A stretch of DNA of 63,238 bases, filler included, from Bipalium vagum (GCA_037834085.1; 3 parts of 3 records of this genome joined end to end with filler, not necessarily neighbours in it), one strand, 5' to 3'. Positions 39,801 through 53,056 are shown, numbered from the whole stretch's first letter. The notes: generated from the letters alone by a model not told the origin. A program made the numbers and translations.

Positions 39801-42127
39801 AATGAAAATATTTTTTTATTCATCTCTGAGAACATATTTACGTAAACTAAAACCAATATTATTCTATTTGGAATTTTAATTTGTTTTAATTAAGCTGTAA
39901 ACGATTAAATATGCATCGTCAAAAATAAATTGCAATATTTTCTACAATTTTTTAATGTCAATTTGTTTCAGCTACATTAATTAATAATAATTAATAATAA
40001 AATATTAGTGTTTATCTGAAAAATCTCATTTTTCTACTATTTCCTTTTTAATTAGACATTTAAATTAAAAATGTAAAATGAACACAAATATTAATTTTAT
40101 GTTCTAACATTGGAAAACAAGAATTATTTGAGAGATTCTCTTACAATTTTTGAAAGTGAACAATATTATAAATAAAGATAGGAATTATTAAGTACATTCT
40201 GTTAGAAAAGTAACCTGGATTTCTTATTTTAGTAAAACAAAACTAAATGGTACTGTTCATTTACAGTCAAATTTAAGTACGATCTGTCAAGAAGTGTGTT
40301 TACAGCAGATGTTATTTAATATCTATATTACCCTGTAATTTTTAAATATGGATATATTAATACATGGTTTGTCTATAAAATAACGTGAGTGGATCAAAAA
40401 AGAATATTAATATACCTTAATCATTTATAATATTTATTTACAAAAAACGGTAAAATATTATATTTTGTTTATTTGAATTAAATTCATAAAATATTTGATA
40501 TTTTTTTGAAATATATTAATTTAATGAAGAGGACTGCACCTCCCACGCCAGAGTGTTCGCGTTGCACTAAAGATTCACTGAAGGTCGTCAGGATGTGGAA
40601 GATGACGAGCGACCTGAGATACCGGCAACATCAAGAACCAACGGAAAAAAGGTCGGCCAGATTGTCCGAGCAGACCGTCGACTGAGTGTCCGAATGATTT
40701 TTGAGATGACAAACATCGATAAAGACACTGTGGAATATTTTGTTAGAGGATCTCCGTATGACAAAAGTTTGTGCTAAAATGGTTCCTAGAATTCTCACAA
40801 CAGAACAAAAAGAACGACGTTTGGAAATTTGTGCCACTAGGCTGAAGCATATTGCAGAAGATCCTGATCTTATAAAAAATGTCATTACTTGTGACGAAAC
40901 CTGGATCTTTCAATACGATCAAGGAACCAAACTCTTTTTGAGTCTTTAAAAGCTGTTAAAAAGAAAACAGAAAAGTTATTAAAACAGTTGTCAGAAAATG
41001 AACTTCAACACGCCTTCGACTATTGGAAAATAAGGATGCTTTGACATGTGTCTGCCAAAGAAGAATATTTTGAAGGAGATAAATTATAAATGTAAATGAA
41101 TAAATAAATGTATATAAATATTCTTTTTTGATCCAGTCTCTTTACCTTATAGATTGACCATGTATATAATATTTATGGAACACCGTGACTGTATCCATTT
41201 TTGAGTGGGAAGTGAAATTTCTTGTTCTGAATCCCTGAAAATGTTATACAAAACATATAGTAATGAATGAAAGTCTAATCCTCAAGTTAATAGCTGGTAA
41301 AAGACTTTCAAAATTGGTCGGGGAGCATTCACCAATTTGACTCGTGCATATCAACAAATGAAGGAAACTTACATTTGTCAAAGAAAGTTTTAAAATCGAT
41401 ATTTGAGTGTTCTGGAGCTTTCCCATCAAATAAATGTTTTCTCGGCGCATCAAAATTTAGTTTATGTTATAGACATGAAGAAAGCTAACCTGGATCTGTT
41501 TCAAAAGAACTCGATTTCTAGTAATGCTATCCTCTTACAGAATATACTAGTAATATTATCTAAGATAGTTTTTATATATTAAAATTATTAAATATGATTA
41601 GTCTTCTAATCTCCCTTTATTACAATTTTTATTATTATATGTATGCAACTAGATAGTGTTTGTTTCTTTGAACTGAAAGCTAAACTCATTATCAACAATC
41701 TATGGATAATAAATTATTATTAAAGTATTATAAATTAAATTAATTTTCTTTTTTTCTTGTTGTTTTGATTCGGTAAATATCTTTATAAAATTATCATATA
41801 GAATTTGTGTTTTATATTTGTAAATCTAATTTAGAAAATTCTGATCATTGGCTTTACAGCGTCTGTTTAGGAATAAATTAATTTAATTTCACCACGTTCT
41901 AAATAAATTTTATTAAATGATATTGGGCGAAAATGAGAATAAAGTCTTTTAAGTTTTGTAACCTCTATTACTTGATAACTGATATTAGAATTTGAGACAT
42001 TTGGTATACTGGAATCTGGGGAAAGGAAATTGCTATTGGAATTGATTTTATACATTGAGAAGAACCCAGCTTTTAAATGTTTTCGACATCCGATGGATTC
42101 AGTTAATAAATAATACCATCCAGAAAC
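32416..42127 (-). CDS. C2(end)-PDZ-PH scaffold protein related to the RGS3/C2PA N-terminus, 5'-incomplete
   Basis: Minus-strand exons: 42127-41972 (VSGWYYLLTESIGCRKHLK, the RGS3-type C2 end), 39571-39384 (PDZ, VKLVKGLRGFGFTLCGGSPVYVSQVDPDSSAE), 37893-37733, 37676 into the N gap, 34466-34049 (PH, VQMYLFSQVLLV...IIKEPIY) and 32558-32416 (PH helix IKEWLSRIQ, then stop). Phases are consistent at every visible junction. Confidence 0.8.
33100..33645 (-). mobile_element. Tc1/mariner (rosa DD41D-like) 5' remnant
   Basis: ORF 33120-33461 reads SIRHRYQEFGVSKTSLWRILYGDLVLHPYKIKLTQEL. A TIR-like GGTGTTTCATTAAAA lies on - near 33637. Confidence 0.7.
34990..35505 (+). mobile_element. Penelope-like retroelement RT fragment
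   Basis: Broken + frames give FVSFDESSLFTNV, QMYGVIM, KPLAYKRYVDDVF, LPFLDV and FRKERDTG, the ordered PLE RT motifs. Confidence 0.8.
37388..37591. other. Scaffold gap (204 N) interrupting an exon of the PDZ-PH gene
   Basis: N run with no linker. Confidence 0.95.
38041..39279 (-). mobile_element. Near full-length decayed mariner
   Basis: TIRs TTAGGTGCTCAAAAAAGAAA and TTTCTTTTCGGGACACCTAA|TA. ORF 38531-38947 includes IVSSDEKLILYENP...RQWL. Confidence 0.85.
40363..41162 (+). mobile_element. Internally deleted mariner
   Basis: TIRs TA|CATGGTTTGTCTATAA...GGATCAAAAAAG and CTTTTTTGATCCA...TTATAGATTGACCATG|TA. ORFs contain CAKMVPRILT and VITCDETWIFQYD. Confidence 0.85.
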
Positions 42128-42308
42128 CTGAAAAAAATTGTTTAAATTTCAAGATACAAATTGAATGATCCAAATTTTAGTAATTTTTTCAAAAATTACT
42201 AACTAACTTCCTGAAATAGATATAAACTAAATAAAATATACCAAAGCTGTATAAATAATTATTATAATTATATATTTAATTTTTGAATAAAGAATTTGTT
42301 GCAGCTTA

Positions 42309-43369
42309 CAGTAGAGTTCGCCTAATCCTAATTCGTCTATTCAGATTATTCGTATAATCCGAAATATTTTTACGGTCCAGAATTTTTAAATAGGAAAATA
42401 CACATAATCAATTAGTCTAATCGAAACAATTTTATGAAATTTTTTGCAAAAATAATTTTTGTAATCCTAATTAATTAAAATTTTTAAATTGAACATTAAT
42501 CAACGTCCATATCCGATGTTTTAATGAATCAAATTATTTAAATTACTTGCAACATTATTTAAATATTGTTTTCATAAAAAAACACTTGAATTTGGTATTT
42601 TTGTTATATACACGTAAATTGCATTTATTTTAGACAGAAGGTGAAAAAGAAATCAAACAGAAATTTCACTATCATAAATATGAAATTATTAAAGTTGTAG
42701 AAAATCTAAAAGAAAGATGAAGTAAGATTGATTTTAATTCAATATCGGAGAAATTTTGAATTAAAGCTCTAACTTTATGTGACCTATTAAAGCCATGAAA
42801 CCCTAAAAAAGTAAAAATAATAATTACCAATGAAAGTACAACAGGTTCTGCTAAAAGAATAAAAGTGTCAACATGAATTAACATCAAAAGAAAGTTTAAT
42901 ATGGTTTTCTCATACTCGAAATGTAAGGCCTGATATTGCAAAATATGGTGATTAATTGAAAGAAAAGGCAAATAAATTAGCAAAAGAAGTTGAAGCTCCC
43001 AGAGAAATTGACATGAATTGGACATTGCATTACAAGGCATAAATTGGCTGCAGAGAGTTGTTCTATTCACGAAGATACAGTGAGTACATGAAGAAACAAT
43101 ATTGTTCCCAGTATAATGCGTGAATAACAACCATCTGATAATTTAATTGTGATGGAATTGGCCAATTTTGGCATTTGACTTATAATTGAACATTGGACTT
43201 TAAAGTTGTAAAAGTTCATGGTGCTTAAAAATCGAAGGACAAAAATATACGCTGTCATTTATTAATAAAAATTAATTCACTTTGGATTTTTTCATTTTTA
43301 AAAACAAATTTGTCTAATCCGGATGTGTTTTTATGAGCCCTAGGAATTCAGGTTAGGCGAACTCTACTG
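42309..43369 (+). mobile_element. pogo/Tigger-like element, decayed
   Basis: TIRs TA|CAGTAGAGTTCGCCTAATCC and GGTTAGGCGAACTCTACTG|TA, with CENP-B-type HTH remnants inside. Confidence 0.85.
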
Positions 43370-44436
43370 TATGTTGCTGTGTATAAATCATTGTTCAAAC
43401 TTTATTTATTTGTATTAACGGGTGATCAATCTATAAAAATCTGGACCAATTTCAAAGTTAACATTTATAAAGTTGTTTAATAAAAACATTATATTATAAA
43501 CACATTTTATCATTCCTGTAAACATTAAATATTACTTAGAATAACTTTTTAATAATAAATTACATTAGAGCCTAAAATGGCGTAAAATCAATGTCTACTT
43601 TGAAAACGCATTGTGAAAATTTATGAAGATTATAAGTTTATGTTTGATCGTTGTACGGCAGAGTAGCAAGATTAACGGTGGATTAAATTTGGATAACATG
43701 TTAAAGTAATTCGAAGTACACGATTAGCTACTATAATGCTGAAAAGATGGTTGAAAATCATAAAAATCAAAGTCAGTGGGACACAGCGAAACAATTCAAT
43801 TGCTCGCAAAGTTATATTTATAAATTCTTTAAGAAGCTTGAAATTCAATGTTGAAAGAAACAAAACTCAGCAGAATATGCAATTCATCATAAAATCTCAA
43901 TGTTTGAGATTTTTAAAATTTCAATGTTAACTACAAAAATATAAATAAATATAAAAAATTATACTTCGTTTCAGGTGATGGAAGTTTTTTTATTGAGTAC
44001 TTCAGAGTACCTAGAAATTTTATTCTTGCAGTCCTGAAAATTTCCCATTAAAACGGCAACTGATAAAACTTTAATTCTAGTGTTTTTTTCAAAAACAATT
44101 TCTGTCTATGCAAAAGAATAACTCGGATTTCTCGTCAGACTATCAGCTGTTTTGATCGATGACATAATACGTGTCAAACAGAATTTCAGGGAATTTTGAA
44201 GTTGTCAGAAAATACCTAGAAGACCCGATTACACCAAAAACAATTCATTCTTCTATGATATAATTTAAAATTTGGAAAATGCTGGAAATTATTTTTAATA
44301 AAAATTTTGAATTTTTTCGATATCATACTTGTTCTCCTGATTCACAAATACATATAATTGACACTAAATAATGTTTATTTTTAAAGCAAGAACAAGTTAA
44401 TAGTAAGTCCATCTCATTAATCATGATATTTCTTTT

Positions 44437-46599
44437 TGTGATAGTTACGTGTTACGTAATTATGCTTTGTTTGGATAAATACTTTGTATAACTCTGACGT
44501 CCTTTCAATGTGTAGTAAAGAAGAACTAACTGGTGACCACACCGAAAATGTATATGCAATAACCAGAAGCATGAAAAAAAATTAGTCATGGATGCGTTAT
44601 CAAAAAATGCACAGGAAATTTTGGGATTTCAAATCAAACGATATAACGGCAGTAGCTCTACTGAAGCCGAAAGATGGTTGAAAGATATTGAGGAATGTCT
44701 CAGTATAAATGACTTATGCCTTGTCGGGGTATTTGATTTGCTATTATCCGACGAAGCCTCAACCTTATGGAAGACTTTCAAGGCAGAAGCAACAAAAAAA
44801 AATAGCCAAGTCGTCGTTTGCTGACACATTTATGGAGAAGAACCAATAATCGATTTAATTTGCGAATTTTCAGAAGTTAGACAAAATTCGGATGAACTAT
44901 TTGCAAATTTTGAGATCCGTATTCGGAATTTAATAAATGATAGGAAGAGATCATTACCGAATTTTTAACAAAACGAGCTAGAAGTGCTGGACTTCGAGAT
45001 GCTTTTTTTTCTAAACCGAACGTCAAAGTTGAAGATATTAGAGTTATGGCTAAACTATATGAAACACGGGAATCAAAAATGGATCAGAAGAAGGAATTTC
45101 AAGACAATGTCGTGAAACAAAGAAGCTATGCAGAAGCAGTTCAAAGAAAATTTCCCAAAGAATTTCAGCCAAAACGTTCTGATACATCTGCGTACAATCG
45201 AGTTACTCAGAGGACAAATTTGACATCTGCTCCCATAATTAAAGAAGCACAGAAAGAATATCGAAGAGATGACGGATTTAGAAGACAACAAAGACGAGAA
45301 GATAAACCAAAATATTCATAGCAACGAGAAGCTCCACAATTCTCTACCAAGCATATAGCCAGACGACTTTACAACAGATGTAAAGGTATTCCAGCATCAC
45401 GAGATGAATATCTGCGGTCGAATCAATGTTTTTGCTGCGGTAATGACGATCATGTGCGAATCCATTGTCCACTGAAAAACAAATGTCTGATTTGTGGAAA
45501 AGATGGGCACCTTTTCCGTTCATGTTCGATATTGAATTCAAATCCGAGAATTCCAAGAAGATCCGTGATGTGCATTCATGATGAAGTAGAAGATGATTCA
45601 CAAAACCAAGACTGTGGGGTTGAACCATTAAGATCATCACAAAATCGGAATGTGCCAGATGCTGAGATGTTCGAGACAGCGGATGGCAGACAGTGGAGTT
45701 GGATGAAGATAAGATGTATGAAGATCGAAATGTTGTGGGATTCCGGAGCTTCAGTTACTGTGATGAACGAAAATTGTTGGAAAAAACTTTGGAATCCACG
45801 TCTAGTGGTAAGAAAAATGTTGTTGAGTTGTGTATTTTCGTCTTGAGGAGAAAGACCACTTGGATCTTTCAAAGCAAATATCTCATGGAAAGGAAATAAA
45901 TATCTCATAATAAATAAATAAATATCTCATCGAAGTTTATATTATTGTCGTGAAGAAGCTGCAGCCCGACTTTATTGGAGGTGTCGACATTATGAAGAAT
46001 TTTGGGATTTAACTGTGTGTGGTAAATAATATTGAGTCATCAGTCTTGATTAAGAAAATATCTGACATACATAGGGGAAATCAAGTATGATGGCATTCAA
46101 TCATCAAACCAGTATACCAATACATAATATTTTACTACGATATGGGAAAAAATTCATGACCCATTCAATTGATATTTGGCACACCGGATTGGTTAAACAT
46201 GACATAATCGTCACTGGCCCACCTATTGCACAGGCACTACGAAGACAAGCAATGCATCTTGAACCTAAAGTTGATGAGATGATTACTCAACTTTTAGATG
46301 CCTGTGTCATTTCCAAATCCAAAAATGCATGGTGGTGGTTCGATTCCTGTTGGTGGTTGTCGGAAAGAAGGATGGATCTATCCGAATTTGCGTGTAAACG
46401 CCATAACAGAAAAATACTCGTTCCCGATGCCAGACATGCAAATGCTGCTGGAATGCTTGGCTGATTCAAAATATTTTTCTTCAATAGATCTGGACCAAGC
46501 CTATTACCAAGTAAATTGACGAATAATGCTAAATCAATTACAGCATTTAGCACCAAACAAGGCCAATTTTGCTTCAACCGGATGCCTTTCGGACTGGCA
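44437..46599 (+). mobile_element. Ty3/Gypsy LTR retrotransposon, 5' part (gag-protease-RT), frameshifted and cut by contig end
   Basis: LTR stub with PBS-like TGGTGACC at 44531; gag from 44588; two CCHC knuckles (CFCCGNDDHVRIHC, CLICGKDGHLFRSC); protease LWDSGASVTV; RT FSSIDLDQAYYQV...TAFSTKQGQFCFNRMPFGLA. Confidence 0.9.
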
Positions 46600-46699
46600 N
46601 NNNNNNNNNNNNNNNNNNNNNNNNNNNNNNNNNNNNNNNNNNNTTAATTAATTAANNNNNNNNNNNNNNNNNNNNNNNNNNNNNNNNNNNNNNNNNNNN
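46600..46699. other. Artificial contig spacer N44-TTAATTAATTAA-N44
   Basis: Same 100-nt structure as 30632-30731. Confidence 0.95.
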
Positions 46700-46751
46700 T
46701 ATTATTATTATTTATGCATTATTTATCATTTTTATTATTTATTTTTCCCCG

Positions 46752-49700
46752 GGGGGGTGTCTTGGTAAACCCAACAGAATAATAAAATTTTTGAAATCAT
46801 TTCTGAATTAATTGAAATAGCTTCTAACATCAATAACATTATAATTTATAGATGAATGCAATCATCATTATGTGAAAGTTAATCAAATATTTAATAAAAT
46901 AAGGTTTAAGAATTTAAGTAATCCTTATTCTTAAGTTCTATTAAAAAAATTAAATCAATTTACGATTGTAAAATGTAAAAGAAAAAACAAATTTTTCAAG
47001 AAATGTATTATGTTGATAAGAAATTATTGCATTTTTAAACCGAGAAATGTATTATTAAAAATCTCAGAATAAGTGTTTTATTCAAAATAAGATACATGAC
47101 AAGCAATGATTTCTTTTTTATTTATACGAATTACGCAGAAGTCTTGTCTTTCGGAATCGACAAACTCCTAGAAGGCATTTTGAAAAGCACTGTTGTGAAA
47201 GATTTTCTCTTAAAAGAAATGAAAAAGATAATTTAAAAATAATACTTTGAAAAAAAAGAGACTTTCATCTCCCGAATCATTTCGCTTCTGTTCTACAGCG
47301 TGTGACCTGGCATTTTAGTGAAGAATAATTGGATTCTGCACTTTCAAATGGTATAAAAATAAATGCTTTAAAACAAATATATTTTCATAAAATATATTGC
47401 AGTTTGAATGTATAAAGTGCAATTATCTTTTACCAACCTAATAAAACTGCAGTGTGAATTTTGTGAAAAAGAAAATAAATAAATTATAAAGAATACATAA
47501 GATGATAGAAAAATTCAGAGTTGCTTTATTTTTACCGAGGAGAAAGTGCTTGTGAATGAATTTCTGTCGGCAAAACATCTGCTTCTTCTTTAACATAAGA
47601 CGGGAAAGTTTCAATATTTGTTTACTTTTGCATATCATTTTATCTCATGGATCAAAAGATAATTAATAATGAATAAACCGATCATAAACTAAAAAATAGA
47701 ATAAAATGAAAAAACCTCATTTAATGTTTTCAAACACAAAAAATAAATGAAGATGTTGACCTTTCGAATATATTGACAGAATAATAATTGTTGAAGTTAT
47801 CATTTGCAGTATAAACTATTATTAGTTATATTGTTATTATTTTTTATTAAAAATACTTTTAAAAATAAAAAAAAAGTCAATTTTCAAAAAATACGTATCT
47901 GTAACTGAAAAAGTCTGTAAATTCTTAAGGGTTTCTTAGAATATAAAGTCAAAGATAATCTGGTAAATTTTCAAAATGGATAACCTTTCAAACTTGATTC
48001 ATTTTGTCCATAAAAATGGGGAAAAAACTGCTGGAATGCCTTTAAAAGAAGAAAAAGAGAATGCAAAAAAACCATTGGACAATGTCTCTTCTAGTCTCTG
48101 AATTATATTTTGAGTTTTACCAGATTTATAAATAATTAAAAATTAACAATTTCAATATGAATAATAATAAAAGTTAAAGTAATTTTAATATTATTTTTAT
48201 TTTTATTATTTCATTTTTTTCTCTTAAACACATCAAAAGTTTTCATCGAAAATTCTCACAATAAGAAATACAATAGCGGTTTAGAAAATGTCAAAAAGCT
48301 GTTCTGAAAAACAATATATTTTTGTTTTTAAAATCATTTGATCTTATCTTTTTGATTGCATAACTTGATCTGTTACTGGTAGAGTCAGAGACAGACCAAA
48401 AGAACAAAAGGCTTTTCTTAAGTTTTGAATTTTGATTAAGTAATATAAAATAAATAATTGGTCTTTTGAAATGTGAAATACATTGGTTATTGGTTTAAAT
48501 ATGTAAATGAATCGATAAATCACACTATTTCCCTAAGATTTCACAGAATGTATGACAGATGTAAAAACTAAAAACTTGTCAAGTTTGAGCAATTGTCAAG
48601 TTTTGCTCAAAGTAGGTTAATCTATAAGTAAAGATGTAAGATATGTTTGGGTAACTTAATTTAGATTAATTGTGCAGAAGGATTTATATGCGCGTAACAT
48701 CAAGAGTAAAGTGTAAATAAAAATTTTAATATTTAAAGTGGCAATGATAAAATAAAAGTTAAATAAACACCTAATCGGTTATTAAACACTGAGTCTGATT
48801 AAATCGAAAAATAAATCAAATACTGAATCGAATAATGTAATCGAATAATGTAATCGAACTATTAACTAAGACAAAAATTATTTTTTTTTAAAAATATTTT
48901 TAATAAGTCGGGCAATAAGATTTTTAATTATAATTTAAATTTAAAGTAGAACCAGGAGAAGAAGGTTAACTTAAGATAATATAAAACACTCTTCGGTAAC
49001 TACTCTCAAGGCCCTTAAGATAAAAATTTGATTCTCCATCTTACTTGACGTGAAGGAAAAAAATACTAAGAAAAATTAAAAAATGATCAATTATTTAATC
49101 ATAGTGTTAGGGTTGCTGATTCAACCTTTTAATATTTATTTATTTTAATTAGTAACTTATAATTCGTAATCGAATTCGTATTACTATCTTCTGTTTGATT
49201 ATCTGTTCACCTGTCAGTTGTGAACCAAAAATTATTACACTGAATTATTTTAATATAACTGTTTATTTGAGATTTATAATCAAATCTAATAAGCAATACT
49301 TACACTAATTTCAGTTCCTTTTCTGAAATACTTGTTATCGGCTGTTCACTGTATCTGGTTCCTTTTGTAGTGGCTTTTTCCAAATTCTTCGGTGGTTCAA
49401 ATTCTGCTTTGACGACTTTAGATTTATTCATTATGATTTGTCTTCCGTCCTCTTTCTGAGATGTTTTGTCCTTTTATACTTTTTATTTTTTGATTTTTCT
49501 AAATTAAGTAACTTAATGTTACTATTTTTAGATTTTAATTTAAAATTTTTTTACTATAAATATTTTTTAGAGACCACATTTAAAATTCTTAATGAAATAA
49601 TTATTTTTGGTAACTTTATGTTACTGAATATTTTTTTCGCACTTCTATTTTTTCTAAATAATCATTGAAATGGTTATTTTTTATTTAATTATATTTATAA

Positions 49701-50284
49701 TAATAATTTTATATATTATTTTTATTTATTTTTATTTTTAATATTTTATTTGATAATTATTTTAACATAAGAAAGAAGGATAGGAGAATTTTAGGTCTCT
49801 ATGGCTTCTAAATTTCACAGTAAAAACAATAAATAAAACTAAACAAAATTATATTTTTCATGCATAATAATAATGAAATGTTTTTTTATCAACATCAAAG
49901 AATCAATGTACAATGTTTTGTCAAGGGATCATTGTTGGGTGGATTTGATGGGCCCCACACAGTCACTAAATAATACTTCCTTCACTCTAAGGGAAGACAG
50001 AAAAGAAATCACATTTTTTACTATGTATCTGGTAATATTATATGATATGTACATATATTTGATTCATATGAAGAATTTTTTACTTTTTATCAAGCCAATA
50101 TAGATATCGCCTAAAATGCTTTGAGAATCTGGAAATCTAAAAATATTTTAAATAATTATCTTAAAAATGGTGCTCACTAGATTTAGCTTCTGAGTGCTTT
50201 TTCAAAATTTTGGTTAAAGTGAATAAAAAAATAATCTCATATTTTTATTTTTCAAAATTGTTGGGTTCACCAAAGACACCTCTC
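46752..50284. mobile_element. Putative TIR-bounded non-autonomous DNA element, superfamily unknown
   Basis: Left GGGGGGTGTCTT-GGTAAACCCAACA versus the reverse complement of the right end GAGAGGTGTCTTTGGTGAACCCAACA (22/26). No recognisable transposase or TSD. Confidence 0.4.
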
Positions 50285-52689
50285 AATAATGAATAAAAGT
50301 AAAAAGAAAGAGAGATCTCAGTAATAATAATAAGTAAGTAATATAATAATACTACTACAATTTTCAATTTTTTTATAGAAAATTTTTTCCAAGTGGTACA
50401 TATTATGAAAATAAGCCACCACTTGAGGAAATTAACGATTTATTTCGGTGATTTGCCCATAATTAACTCCAAACAGCTACCGAATTGGTTGGACAACTGA
50501 CAGGTCTGAAATTGATAAAAAAAAAGATCTAGCCATTCTTTAAAAGCGTCAGGTAGTAAGAAATATATTATTGTTTGTGAATTATTATTGAAAATATATT
50601 GTTGGGGAAATATGAGGAAAGTGAGGAGGAATCTATTCTTAGAAAAACAGTCGCTATAGATGTTAATAGAATAAAAGTGCCTAATGAATCATTTACCATT
50701 GGTAATCCCATTTATTTGATGATCCTTTTGCACAAAAAACTGATCGCATCTAGTTGGGTAGTCTCGATCAGTTGAGTCTCATAATGGTAAGAATTTTGCA
50801 ATATTTGTTTTCTTTTTATTCGCTTTAATTAATTTTTAATCTTACATTTTTGTAATTGGTTCTATTCATTCTGAGTTTCCATTAATTATTAGTCAGTTTA
50901 TTTTCTGTCAAGCATTAGAAACAGAATTTTTTTTAATTGATTCATTTATTGAATTTATTATTGTGCAATATTTTTATTAGACATTAGTTAAAACATTGGT
51001 TTAATTGATAAACATTGGTTAAGGAGATTTTTATCGGTTTTTAAAACCGAGTACTGTTGTGTGATATGATAAAGATTACTGTTGTTCCAACGGATTTGTT
51101 ACACCAACCAATAGTAAATGGATTAGATTGAACTTTGAATAATATTGTTAACTTTACAACCTAACAAAATCATTAAACCAACAGTCAACTGGGACTCCGT
51201 GGGACTCAAATGTAATCATATTGACGATTAACAAAAATTTACTATACCTGTAAAATCCAATAATTCTTTTTTTGTCCAATCCTGACGAAAGTAAAACTTG
51301 TAACACAGAAAATATGAATTAAATTATCCTTTCAAGCACCAAACACTATTTTTTTCTCAATCATTTAATCTTTAATGATGATAATCGAAATCTATACTTT
51401 AATCAAAATTTCTTCTTCTATTTGAGCTTCTTTCATTATTAGAGTGAATCATAAGAAATTTCGTTTTTTTTATATAATGAAGAACAAAGTAGGTAATTAA
51501 TTTTTTTATTAAATCTCAAAGTAAAGACTACCAAACTCTTTTTTATTTGCCAGTTGTTCCAAATGTTAATCCGATTCTTTGATTTTTTGTGCCAAGAAAC
51601 TTCAAAAATCTTACTGGTTTTTTAACCAGTTTTAACCTACTTTTTAAAAAATAGGAATAATTGTCGAAAATGTTTTTTCAATAGGTCCATTTTTTAATCT
51701 CAAAATATTAATAAATAATAATATTTTCTTTTTAAAAACTCTTGGATTTATTTCAACCACTGCTTGTTTTATTTTATGAATTTATTTAAACAAATACCTA
51801 TACATCAACAGTATTACCTTAAAAGAGTTCATTAGGAAATCAATAAATCTTTCCGGATGACCTAATATTATTCTTATTAATCCAGAACATTTAGGTGACC
51901 TTATCTTACAGCTTCATTTACCTTTATGCCTTGGGTAAACCCAACAAAAATAAATTAAAATCACCAAAGGCAAAACATAAATTAAAATTTGTTACTTTAT
52001 TTCTCTAAGCAAATTAGTATTGTAACTATATTTTTAATATTTGTGATTAATTAATATTATAACAAAAAAATGCAGGCAAAAATATTATGAAACATAAAAC
52101 AATATATTCTGATTTTTATTTGTATGAGTGAAATCGAAAATAGCAAATGTTCACAATTATCGTTTTCAAAAAAATAAAATAACAATGTCACAAAAATGTA
52201 AATGATCAGAATTGTCCAGGGTCTGGGAGAGAATAATAGTTGAAAAAATATTAAATAATTAAATAAAATCAATAATTTTTTTATAAAGTATTGAAAATCC
52301 CATTGTTTGTTAATCTAATTTTTCAGAAAAGCTTGGTCAGTTAGGTCAAATAAAATGTTAGACATGAAATCTCTTGGGGTTCATAAATATTATGAATTGT
52401 TAACCGGTGGATATTAACAAATAACATCTTCAATAATCAACCATAACCTTAATCGTTACTAATAAAGTTGATTTCAATTAAAAATTGTTTCCAAAAATCT
52501 GACTTTGGAATTCGCTTTCGATTAAAGAAACTAAACACTTTTAATACCAGATACAGAAAATTTTAATTCCATTCTTCAATTTATTTTTCCAAGTCCGACT
52601 ATGATAATGTTGAACGTAAAATGTTTAACTTCTAAAACCGCTCTTTCAATAAATTAACAATGAAGTCAAACTAAGCCTTCATTTTTAAA

Positions 52690-53025
52690 AGTAAACAATA
52701 CGATGATAAGAAAATGTAAACAATCATAGTGTGATAAGAACCTATGCAGCAAGAAAATGTTGTAGACAATGAAAACACAATTGAATTGTTCAATGTTCTT
52801 GACAATGATACTGATAAGATAACATTTACCACAGTTCAATCAGGAAAGTGAAAGACATTTAACGAAATAAAATCAATACCAAGCCAACACCCATTAGTTG
52901 AATACCAAAAAAACCAATTGCGACAACATTAGCCTGTTATTGAATTTGAAATCAACCAATCAAAACTTCCGGTCAATGTGAGTTGCTAAAAATAACTGGA
53001 AATCAGTATTGTTTTAGTATAAATA
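52690..53025 (+). promoter_or_regulatory. Candidate GPCR promoter/enhancer (GATA, Forkhead, CCAAT, ETS, TATA-like)
   Basis: TGATAAGA at 52704, 52732 and 52812; GTAAACAA at 52691 and 52716; CCAAT at 52956; ACTTCCGGT at 52965; TATAAATA at 53018. Confidence 0.45.
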
Positions 53026-53056
53026 TATTATTAACGTTATCAAACACCTTTTGTCA

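Noticed and set aside
39700-41560. Alternative 5' exons for the PDZ gene (39700-39730, ~41184-41234, ~41373-41440)
   Set aside because: Splice-like signals exist, but I could not build a phase-consistent chain from a start codon. The direct 41972/39571 junction already yields a complete PDZ first strand.
50379-52272. Scattered exon-like pieces on both strands upstream of the GPCR
   Set aside because: They need implausibly short introns or run into in-frame stops. Hydrophobic I/F/L/K-rich ORFs here and elsewhere (e.g. 15828-16034, 49438-49668, 60711-60933) are expected from AT-rich DNA.
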